Below, piece after piece: positions 37,354-47,364 of a stretch of 64,000 bases of DNA. The DNA lies in NCBI RefSeq assembly GCF_001194135.2, contig NC_068981.1, positions 184,255,418 through 184,319,417 of the forward strand. The letters run 5' to 3'. Source of the DNA: Octopus bimaculoides. Taxonomy: Eukaryota. The position numbers were made by a program, and so were the translations under genes. The notes under the pieces were generated by a model. The model had not been told where the DNA came from. It saw only the letters and a program-made list of their open reading frames with translations, and searched no databases. Numbering within the stretch: the first letter of the stretch is position 1; each line of letters begins with the position of its first letter.

Positions 37354-37727
37354 ATCAAAATAAGCAACAAGGATATCCAGAGGTAATGCAGTACAATCGT
37401 TTCACGCAACTCCATTTAATCGAACAATGCAATCATTACATCATTTTAAAATGCCGAGTAATCTTCAGCTGCACAAAGACATAGAATTTAATTAAGCTGA
37501 TGGGAAAGCAGTATGTTCTTTATCTATCTCCTTAACTTCTTGGAGATTTTAGGTAAAATTATACTAATGTGTCTATCTGTTTTAATTTAATTAAATTCTA
37601 TGTCTTTGTGCAGCTGAAGATTGCTCTGCATTCAAAGTGATGTAACGATTGCATTGTTCAATTAAATGGAGTTGCGTGAAATGATCGTAGCGCATTACCT
37701 CTGGATATCCTTGTTGCTTATTTTGAT
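37354..37727. mobile_element. Fold-back element with hammerhead-like arms
   Basis: Arms about 37354-37495 and 37588-37727 are imperfect reverse complements with a spacer of about 90 nt. Confidence 0.8.
37387..37473 (-). ncRNA. Hammerhead-like motif in left arm of fold-back element
   Basis: Reverse complement: TGCAG-CTGAAGA-...-GAAA-C-GATT-GTA^CTGCA; 5-bp stem I and intact core; stem II base poorly paired. Confidence 0.5.
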
Positions 37728-37924
37728 TTTAATCACCTTATTTTGAAATTGTCTGGATAATACCGTACTAAATTCTGGTGCCTCAACTTAAGTACCATAT
37801 TCATCTGAATCTATATATATATATATATCATCATCATCATCATCATCAACAACAACATTTAACATCTGTTTTCCATGCTAACATGGGTTGGATGACTTGA
37901 CTGGACTTGGCAAGGCCAGAGACC

Positions 37925-39360
37925 ACACCAAGTTCCACAGTTCTAGATCAACAAATGCCAAGTACAGAGGATTGTTCTTAGCTAAATACTTCTCTTGCAG
38001 TTGCCTGATTATGAATGTGACATCTGTGGTGCTTCACCCTGGGACAAAGCCGAACTGCATTTCATCTAGTTTAATTATGTTTCAACTTAAATGAGTTACA
38101 ACTCTCTCTCTGCAACCTTCATCACTTGGTCCAGCAATTTGATGCCTCTAAAATCACTTCTATCTGAGGCATCTATCTCCTTTGCCCTTATAGCAGCTGA
38201 CTGATGCTTCTACACCAGTAACCAGGGATTACACCCTCCTGAATAACCATATGTGTGACTAGACTGTGTCCAACTCTACCAGATATCTTAAGTATCTAGT
38301 AGTGATTCCTGATGGACCAGAGGCCTTTCCTGTCCTCCTATCTTTAGTTGTCTTATCTATCATGCTGATGTCAACTAGGATAGCTGTTGCCTCTGTTGGG
38401 TTCACACGAGGAAGACTCCCTTTTTCTCATTCATTCTCTAAATTTTATAGCTTTTCATAGCAGTTCTTCCACACCATTTTCTTTTCAGGATCACAAAGAG
38501 AAAGTGTATCATTATCTGTTCATACATGCATCTCTCCCACATCTTGATTCTCTCTTACACACTCTCTGGCAATCTGAAACACCTCCAGTCTCTGATCTTC
38601 ACACTGTAAGACAGTGGCAAACTTCTTCCTTTCTGCTTCAGCCCTAGCTACATATACCAGACACCTAGCTTCTTTTTTAACTATGTGATATTATTCTTTG
38701 CTATCCTCATTCTTCCAGTCTTTCCAAGTCTGTCTCTTGTCTTTTATAGCCAATGACCACCATAGTTCAACCACCATGTTACCCTTGGTCTGATGGAAGC
38801 TTTGCTTCAACCACAGATTTGGTCTATCTCTCTCAGTAGATTGTCCAAGAACTTCCAGTTGTCTTCTATGTCATATGTCTCTATCTCTACCTCCTTCTCA
38901 TCAAAGGCTTCGTTAAGGGTGACTCTAAATCTCTGCCCATTTGAAGGATTCTTGAGCTTCCATAGACTCCTTTTCCATAGTGGTTTGTGTCTCAGGATCT
39001 TTCAAGCCTTAAGCCTGAAGTCACTAACCACTAACCTATGTTGAGTTGTACATTCTTTATTGGGGAAAGACTTTGCATTCACAAGCATATGCCGTTCCCT
39101 GTTTCTGGTGAGGATATAGGGAATCTGGCCAGTGTAGCCACCAGATAGATAAGTGATCAGATGGCTGGCAGGTTTCCTGAAGTTGATGCTGCAAATCATT
39201 AAGCCATTTGCATCACAGAATTCCAAAAGCCTTGTTCCCTCCTCATTTCTGGAACCAAATTCGTAGTCTCCATGCATGAAAACCATCAGAGTGTTTTCCA
39301 ACAAGGTCATTGAAGTCATCCAAGAATGTAAGCATCATATACAATAGCTGAACTGGAGTA
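37925..39360 (-). mobile_element. RTE LINE fragment (AP endonuclease end and linker)
   Basis: ORF 39002-39319: HGDYEFGSRNEEGTRLLEFCDANGLMICSINFRKPASHLITY...QHRLVVSDF, typical of the RTE APE domain; degenerate downstream. Confidence 0.85.
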
Positions 39361-39389
39361 GTACATACAAGCACATCTGAAATCCAGTT

Positions 39390-39974
39390 GTTTAAATGCC
39401 CAAATGGTTCATTAAAAGTAGTTGATCGCTTTTGTTACTTGGGAGATGTAATTAGCAAGGGAGGTGGTTACTCTGAAGGTACAGGTATAGTAAGAACTGG
39501 TTGGAGAAAGTTCAGGGAGCTAACAACGAAGACCTTTTCTCTATGAATGCAGGGCAGATTGTATGATGCTTGTGTTAGAACAGCAATGCTGCATGGTAGT
39601 GAAACATGGGCTTTGAACACAGAGGTCTTGAGAAGACTGGAAAGACATGAAACAAATAAGCTCCTTGGATGTGCAGTGTGAGTGTGCATAAAAGACTGAG
39701 CACAAATTTGCTGAGTGAAAAACTGGGTATAAGAGGAATCAGATGTTGTGTTCATGAAAGAAGACTGTGTTGGTATGGACATGAAGTGGTGCATATGGAT
39801 GAGGACAGCTGTTTGCTGAATGTGGTTGGAACTTGTAGAAGAGGAAGAACCATAAACGCATGGGACAAAGTGGTGAAGGCTGACCTCAGGACTTTGAGCC
39901 TGATGGAGGAGATGACAAAGGACTGCGATCTCTGGCAATATGAGGTTCTTGAAAAGACTTGCCCTCTTCAGTGA
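39390..39974 (+). mobile_element. RTE LINE fragment (post-RT C-terminus)
   Basis: VDRFCYLGDVIS..., GRLYDACVRTAMLHGSETWAL, RRLCWYGHEVVHMDEDSC...WDKVVKADLRTL. Confidence 0.85.
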
Positions 39975-40164
39975 AATTGAAAGTGAAAGCGAATTCTGGA
40001 AGTGCTATGTCTTGGGTTCTTTACCCATTACAGTGACTCTTTCCTCAGGCATTACACCTGCCTCCCCCCCCACTCACAGCTCCTATAGATGACCCAACCA
40101 TATCATATCCCTCTCTTGTCCATCCTCTCCAGTGACTCTATCATCTTTACTACTCTTGATGCTT

Positions 40165-40432
40165 GCTGACTTAGAGAAAGCCTTTGACAGAGTCTCTTGC
40201 TCTGTGATCTGGTGGCTATTGAGGAAGCTATTAGTAGATGAATGGCTGGTGAGAGCTATACAAATCATGTAATGAAGGTGAGAGTTAACAACTAGTACAG
40301 CGACAAACTTAGTTTGCTGGTAGGAGTTCAACAGGGTTTGGCTCTCAGCTTCCTCTGATTTGTTACTGTCCTGCAGGTCATAACAGAGTCATTTAAAACT
40401 GGCTGCCTACGGGAACTGCTATATGCTGATAA
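40165..40432 (+). mobile_element. RTE LINE fragment (RT core)
   Basis: ADLEKAFDRV...VGVQQGLALS...RELLYADN, the RT motifs DxxKAFD, GVxQG and YADD-like. Confidence 0.8.
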
Positions 40433-41542
40433 CCCACCCTTTGGGGTATATTTCCCAGATGATAGAAAGGTTCTATTTTCAGGCTACTTCTTGAAATTTA
40501 AGACCTCTGAATTCCAGATTTTGCTTCCATGTCTAGAAGTTTGCCAAATCTTCAACAGCTTTTGCTCTAAGATCTACATTAGCAGCACACAGAAGATTCC
40601 AGAGACAGCTGGTCTTAAATTCCTCTATTATGGCTTGGAGGACTATGATAAACAAACAAAGGTTTGAGAACTAAATTTTAGTAGATCCCCATCTGCATTT
40701 CAATTTATCACTGAACTCATTGCTAACTGCACCTCTGTACAACCCTCACAAACAATTCATCTAGCCCTAGCATCCTGTATGACCACGATCAGAAGTGTAC
40801 AGTACTATTCCATCATATCACCTCCAATCTGGTTGCTATCTTGCACCAGCTACAGATCTTGTGCCAGTAGCATTCAACAGGTTGTCTCAAAGAAACACCC
40901 AGTTATTTGGTCATGTGTCAACTAGAACTGTGAGTCTGCAAACTGGTAACCTCTTTCTGCTTTCATATTTTCCTTTTCCAAACTGTTTTGTATCTCTGGG
41001 TCTCTCTCATTCTTCCCTCAAGTCGTTAATACCCTCCTGTATAGAGTGGAGGGAAAGATTTAGCAATCACAACTATCTGTTTATCTTGTTTCCTGTTGAG
41101 TGATAAAGTCTATCCAGATTGTGTGTTCGTCTGTTTGAGAGATAATTAGGTGGTTGGCTAATTTCCGGTAGTTAGTGTTATAAATCGTCAGATCAATTGC
41201 ATCACAGAATTCCATGAGCCTTGTTCTTTCCCTATTACTTCATTCCTTATACCATAAACTTGTGTTAGTGTAACGGCAGAGACGCCTTCCTAGTATTGTT
41301 CAATACATCCATACGTCCATTCAAGCCACAACCATAATAATGGAGCTAAGGAGGAATAAACACAAACTCATGAACACACACGTGTGTGTGTGTGTATTTA
41401 TAGATATATATATATATATATATATATAATGAGAGGGAGAGAGTGTGTATATGTGTGAACTGTAAATATTTTTCTGATGAAATATTTTATCCGTTCTGAG
41501 ATTGAAAAGATCCTTTCCTCTTATTGCATAATTACCAACATT

Positions 41543-42233
41543 GGATCTATTTTAAAACGGGGGCGCCAGTATTTTCTTAACGAAACACTTTGAAACTTGG
41601 GACACTGGTAGAATGTGTCANNNNNNNNNNNNNNNNNNNNNNNNNNNNNNNNNNNNNNNNNNNNNNNNNNNNNNNNNNNNNNNNNNNNNNNNNNNNNNNN
41701 NNNNNNNNNNNNNNNNNNNNNNNNNNNNNNNNNNNNNNNNNNNNNNNNNNNNNNNNNNNNNNNNNNNNNNNNNNNNNNNNNNNNNNNNNNNNNNNNNNNN
41801 NNNNNNNNNNNNNNNNNNNNNNNNNNNNNNNNNNNNNNNNNNNNNNNNNNNNNNNNNNNNNNNNNNNNNNNNNNNNNNNNNNNNNNNNNNNNNNNNNNNN
41901 NNNNNNNNNNNNNNNNNNNNNNNNNNNNNNNNNNNNNNNNNNNNNNNNNNNNNNNNNNNNNNNNNNNNNNNNNNNNNNNNNNNNNNNNNGTTGGGGGATT
42001 AATACGATATACACCGTTACAGCGCTAACTGTTTTCAACCGAATAGACGTCAGTGATTAGTAGAAATTATCGAAATAAGACAATTTTTTACATGAAATAA
42101 ATTCGAATACAAAAATATTTTTCTGTTCTATAACACAAAATAGATAAGTATACGAAGTTTGAAAGTCTTTCGGTACCAAAAACACTACATAAAACATAAA
42201 TGAAAACTGGTGCCCCCGTTTTAAAATAGATCC
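41543..42233. mobile_element. Merlin-like MITE copy 3 (related subfamily, centre in gap)
   Basis: Same GGATCT...AGATCC termini and shared subterminal sequence; perfect 8-bp TSD CCAACATT at 41535-41542 and 42234-42241; N gap at 41621-41989. Confidence 0.8.
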
Positions 42234-44240
42234 CCAACATTTTCTCTTGCATTTACTTTGGCAGTCAATGTACTTGGATTGCGCACAAACGTACACGTAA
42301 CCGACATAAACTGGTAATCATACTACCACCGCCGTCAGTACAACAACCACCACCACCACCACTACAATGACTACTATCGCCAGTGTGTCAACTACTTCGT
42401 CACTTTAACCCCCACCCTGCTCTCATTACTACCATCAACACAACTGCTCCCACCACCAATAGCTATTTCACCAGCTTATATCAAATGAACTATTAGTTAT
42501 CTCCAGGTCGGCCAAAAATCCTGCAGACCTATGATCAAATATATTCTAGGCACGATTGACCATCCCCACTTTTTCTTTAAGAAATCATTGTATCTAAGTT
42601 CACTATTATCCAATGTGTTCTATTCGTCGTTGAATTGACTAGTGATATATATTTCTAGGAAACTGAGAAAATCTTGGTCATACGATCTTTATATTTCGAG
42701 AACGACGAGATTATGTAACTCTCTCTCTCCTAACTTAAACCAAAAACTTATACGATCAAAGACGAAGATAGACTGTTTTCCAACCCCACCAAGCATGCCA
42801 TATCTAGGACATTATATAATGTATCTTTTCTTAAGAGACAGACCCTGTAGTGTATGATATGAGGACAAGATTCAGCTAGTATTTCCAGCAGATGTAGATC
42901 GACGACCTCAAAGTGGTTTCTTTGTTCCTCTCGTCACATGATTTTGTTTTGATAACAAGGTTATTACCTTCCTTCAACATAACAAGAATGAAATATCTGT
43001 TTTCCTGTTAATGCGAGTGTGTGTGTGTGCTTAACAACAGAATTTACAAGCAAACCTACTTATTAACCACTGCGCAGAAACTGTCACATCGGCTTCTTTC
43101 AAGTACACCCAAAGGTCCCAGGCATGTTGATAAGGATGGAAGGTTCATCTTCATTCTATATATAAAAATATTCTATCTGTCAGTGGACCATGATCATAGC
43201 CTCTGGCTTAAACCCATAAAAGAATGTCTATGTGTATACAGAATTGTAAAAATTACTGTGATTATGCATCGGTGAAGTAGTTCAAGTCTTAGGTCTGACC
43301 TGTTAAACCTGAGCTATGATCAATATGCTGGCAAATCAAAATAATGGCATTCCGTTTTATTCTCAGATAATGTGTCGTATTTGATTTAAGTCGGTAGGTA
43401 TCAGATTTGGGAGAGATTTAGTTACAATTTCTAGGAGGAAAAGCGGCCATTTAAGGATTTCTCTTTTAAAAAAGTTATGGCTCTTGTGTCTCTGGCGAGA
43501 TTAGAAATCATATCTTGCAGTATTTAGTTGTATTTTACGTTGAGTTCAAATTCCGTCGAGATCGATTTTGTTATTCAATTTCTAGGGTTGTGTGTAAAGG
43601 AGGAGGGGTAGACAATAAAGGAGCCTCTATGTAATTATTGACCTGCTAGAAATAGCAGCCAAATCTCTCTTAAATCATCACCCACTGGTACATTAGATAA
43701 CGTAGTCTTAAATATCCCCCAAAATATGGGACGATCTGCTCAGTCAGTATTGACTTGGACAAACAACAACTTTTCGAGGTCGTTAAAAACCCAGCTTGAT
43801 GTTTACATCTCTAGGTCAGCCTAACCGAGTAACTTAGAGGTGTTCCGGTCATGACCATCCTATCATTTTGTTGTTGTTTTTTTTGGCAGCTGCTTCTAGA
43901 CTGACGAGAGCGGAAACTAGGACGATGAACTCAACATAGGTGATGAAAGAGAGATGAGTGACTATGCATGTTAGTGGCTGTCCTTGTTTAGAACGCCCAC
44001 CTCTATTTCTCTTTATATTTTGCTTTTCTAGAGTCACCAGGGTAGCTATACAACTCACTCACACATATATAATTTTGCTTTTATGTCAAATATTAATAGA
44101 AACAAGTTAACGCTGAAATTAATAATTACTCGACTTTTTTTGTAGAGTACATCTACTATAATAATATTCATGTGTTTTTCTCCGTCGCAACATATGAATG
44201 AGAAAGGAAGGGGTGGTGGCAAACTGGTAGTGAGATGAGG

Positions 44241-44540
44241 AAAAAGTCAAACAGCGTTTCAACTCTCTGTGAGTATATGTGTGTGTATGTACAAGGGAGG
44301 TGTGTGTGTGTGTGCAATGGAAGTGGCATGGTGAACATTCAACGCTGAAAAGAAAAATCAAACAGCGTTTCAACTTTGTGTGAGTATATGTGTGTGTATG
44401 TACAAGGGAGGCATGTGAACGTGTGTGTGTGTGTGTGTGTGTGTGCAATCGAAGTGGGATGGTGAACATTCAACGCTGAAAAGAAAAATCAAACTGCGTT
44501 TCAACTGTGTGAGTGTATGTATGTATGTGTGTGCGTTTAA
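44241..44540. repeat. Tandem repeat of about 115-130 bp, about 2.5 units, with an internal (GT)n
   Basis: aaaaatcaaacagcgtttcaact...gtgagtatatgtgtgtgtatgtacaagggagg...ggtgaacattcaacgctgaaaag recurs at 44241, 44353 and 44484. Confidence 0.9.
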
Positions 44541-45024
44541 ATGTGTAAACCAGCGTTCTTTCAGTAACAAATGATGATCAATGTCACATCTCAAAATACA
44601 ACCACCAGATAACATTGACAACTGTATGAATTTGAATTACCAACCATATTCTATATTTTGTCCTTATTTATATATAAAATGCTACAATTAGCCGTCATTT
44701 GTTATGGCACGGGGACAGCTAGTGTTTAATAACGTTGTACAAGTGGAATGACAATAACTTTGAAGTTTTGGCTTGCGTCGTTATGTATATATTAGTGTAG
44801 TGCTTTAAATATATTTTTTTAACTACTGCCTTATTCCCTTCACTCATGCTTTTTCAATGCCCCTGGCTAAGTTCCAACACAATTAAATATACCACAAAAA
44901 TTTGCCACCGACAGATTGATCACCATTAAAATACTAGACATACTTTCATTAATATAATTTGGAATTTAGAAATAATACATTTCTAAATCTCCCAGAGAGA
45001 TTTATGCAGTAGTGGTACGATGAA

Positions 45025-45171
45025 GTAGCTGTATACTGTCAACTTAATGTGACAGTCCCCTAAAGGGAATGATACTACTATTGGTTAGACCTAGGAAGCT
45101 AAACAGCTTCCTAAGTCTAACCAACAGTAGTATTATTCCCTTCAGGGGACTGTCACATTAAGTTGACAGCA
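45025..45171. repeat. Long near-perfect hairpin (arms about 70 bp, 4-nt loop AAAC at 45101-45104)
   Basis: gtagctgtatactgtcaacttaatgtgacag...ctaggaagct AAAC agcttcctaag...ctgtcacattaagttgacagc. Confidence 0.85.
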
Positions 45172-45769
45172 NNNNNNNNNNTGGTTAGACCTAGGAAGCT
45201 AAACAGCTTCCTAAGTCTAACCAACAGTAGTATTATTCCCTTCAGGGGACTGTCACATTAAGTTGACAGCATACAACTACTTTATAATTTGGAATGTTAA
45301 AACATTTCGACAAGATGGTCAAAATTAGAGCAATCAGAAGATATGTCTATTACCCTTTGACTGCTTCCTTTGTCCTCATCACTCATATGAAAAAAAATTT
45401 CTATCCAGTTTAAGAAGCACTGCACTTATATATGTCAGTAAGCAGTGAATATAACATATTTAAACTATCTTCACTTGAAGTAACAAATATTAAACTTTTG
45501 GAAAAAAAAAAAAAGAAACGACCACCCTGAAATATAAAAGCTTGCTTACCAACCACATAACTTAGCGGTTCGGCAAAAGAGTCCGATAGAATAAGTACTA
45601 GGCTTCTAAAGAATAAGTCCTGGGGTCGATTTGCTCGACTAAAGGCGGTGCTCCAGCATGGCCACAGTCAAAATACTGAAACAAGTAAAAGAGTATTGGG
45701 GAAGAGAAAAAGTAGAAACGGAACAAGAAAAAAGATGAAAGGAAGAAGACAGGGGTCAGGGTGAAAGTG

Positions 45770-46315
45770 TATGGCCAAATGGTTAGGGTATTTGGCTCAT
45801 AAACATAAGGTCATGAGTTCGATTTTCAGCAGTGTGTTGTGTTCTTCAGCAAAACACTTTATTTTACATTATTTCACACCACTCAGCTGGCAAAAGTGAG
45901 TTGTACATTAATCCCTTGCCATATTGCGGTCCACCTATTGCGCACTCAGTGCATCACGGTCCACCTATCGCACACTCAGTACACTACGATCCGCCTATTG
46001 CACACTCAGTACACTACGATCCGCCTATCGCATGCTCAGTACATTATGGTCCACCTATCACGCACTCAGTGCATCACGGTCCACCTATCGCACACCTATT
46101 GAGCAAAAACACCTAAAGCTCCACGAGGCTCCGGCAGGGGGTGGTGACGACCCCTATTGTACTCTTTCTCTCACCCTTTCTTCCTGTTTCTGTAATGCTG
46201 CGATGGACTGGCGTCCCGCCCAGCTGGGGGGGGGGGAACACATACGCCATAGAAACCGGGAAACCGGGCCCATGAGCCTGGCTAGGCTTTAAAAAGGGCA
46301 CATAAATAAAAAAAA
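45770..46315 (+). mobile_element. tRNA-derived SINE with V-domain-like segment and internal 30-bp minisatellite
   Basis: A-box tggccaaatgg and B-box gttcgatt; tgcgatggactggcgtcc resembles the V-SINE domain; A-rich tail at about 46305-46320. Related heads at 15625 and 61085. Confidence 0.6.
45925..46095. repeat. 30-bp minisatellite, about 5.5 units
   Basis: Unit (g/a)t cc(a/g)cctat(t/c)g cacactcagt (g/a)ca(t/c)(c/t)ac. Confidence 0.95.
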
Positions 46316-46984
46316 AAGTAAATAAAAGTAAGTATTTTACCTGGCATGCTAATGACTCCTGTCAGCTCACCACCTTTGCATATGTGTCATGATTACCAAA
46401 GGAAATCAATAATGACAAACATCTAATGTGATCACCTCAACTGCTATAATCAATTACACAAATACAGTATAACTGAATGCTGTCAGGCGCTGGAGTGGCT
46501 GTGTGGTTAAGCAGTTTGCTTCCCAACCACATGGTTCCAGGTTCAGTCTCAGTGTGTTGCATCTTGGGCAAATGTCTTTTACTAGAAGTTTGCCATTCCA
46601 AGCCAGCCAATGCCTTGTGAATAGATTTGGGAGATGGAAACTGAAAGAAGTCCAGTGTGTGTGAGTGTGTGTATCCTTGTGTTTGTTTCTCCCTGCTACC
46701 CCCACTGCTTGACATTCAATTTTGGTTTGTTTACATCTCTGTAACTTAGCAATTTGGAAAAAAGAAACTGATAGGATAAGTAGCAGACTTTAAAAACAAA
46801 AAAAAGTAGGCATTCGAGTCAATTAGTTTGACTAAATAAATTCTTCAAGGTGGTGCTCCAGTATGGCCACATTTCAATGACTGAAATAAGTACAAGATAT
46901 AGACAAAATGGTTTCCACTAATAGCCTTTGTTCCTTACAGATGGATTGTCTTGTATCCCCTCCACAATAAAACCATTCCCAGTT

Positions 46985-47326
46985 CATTCGTCTCTAGGAA
47001 TGATAGCAAAAAGGGGCTGATTGCTACCTAGCTCAGATACTAGGAAACCCCAAAATGGCAGAAATTCAAAAGATAGTGCTCATGGGAACTGCCCATATCT
47101 TATGTAAAATACTGTCCATGTAATCTCAAATTTTAGAACAAACTCATAATTTCCGTGTTTTCTTAAACATTCTCTAAAACAATACTTTGTGCAAAACCAA
47201 ATATATGACGCCCTAGGCATAACACCAACATGAACTTCTAACTTGTCTCTTGACGTCTCTGGGTGCGACTTGGAGCCAACTTGTACAAATAAAAAGTAAA
47301 AGTCAAATATATAATAACAAATAATA

Positions 47327-47362
<36 letters not shown>
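46985..47362 (+). mobile_element. R4/Dong-type LINE 3' end with (TAA)n tail
   Basis: ADCYLAQILGNPKMAEIQKIVLMGTAHILCKILSM*, then about 200 nt of UTR ending in (ATA)n at about 47325-47362. Confidence 0.7.

Positions 47363-47364
<2 letters not shown>

Noticed and set aside
10231-37694. General rule that sense-strand hammerheads are always more degraded
   Set aside because: True for the 10.1 kb, 12.2 kb and 4/17 kb pairs but contradicted by 10636-10684, 16.9 kb and 37387-37473; too few cases.
45182-45271. Exact 90-bp repeat of 45082-45171
   Set aside because: Identical sequence on both sides of a 10-N gap; typical unmerged contig overlap, not a real duplication.
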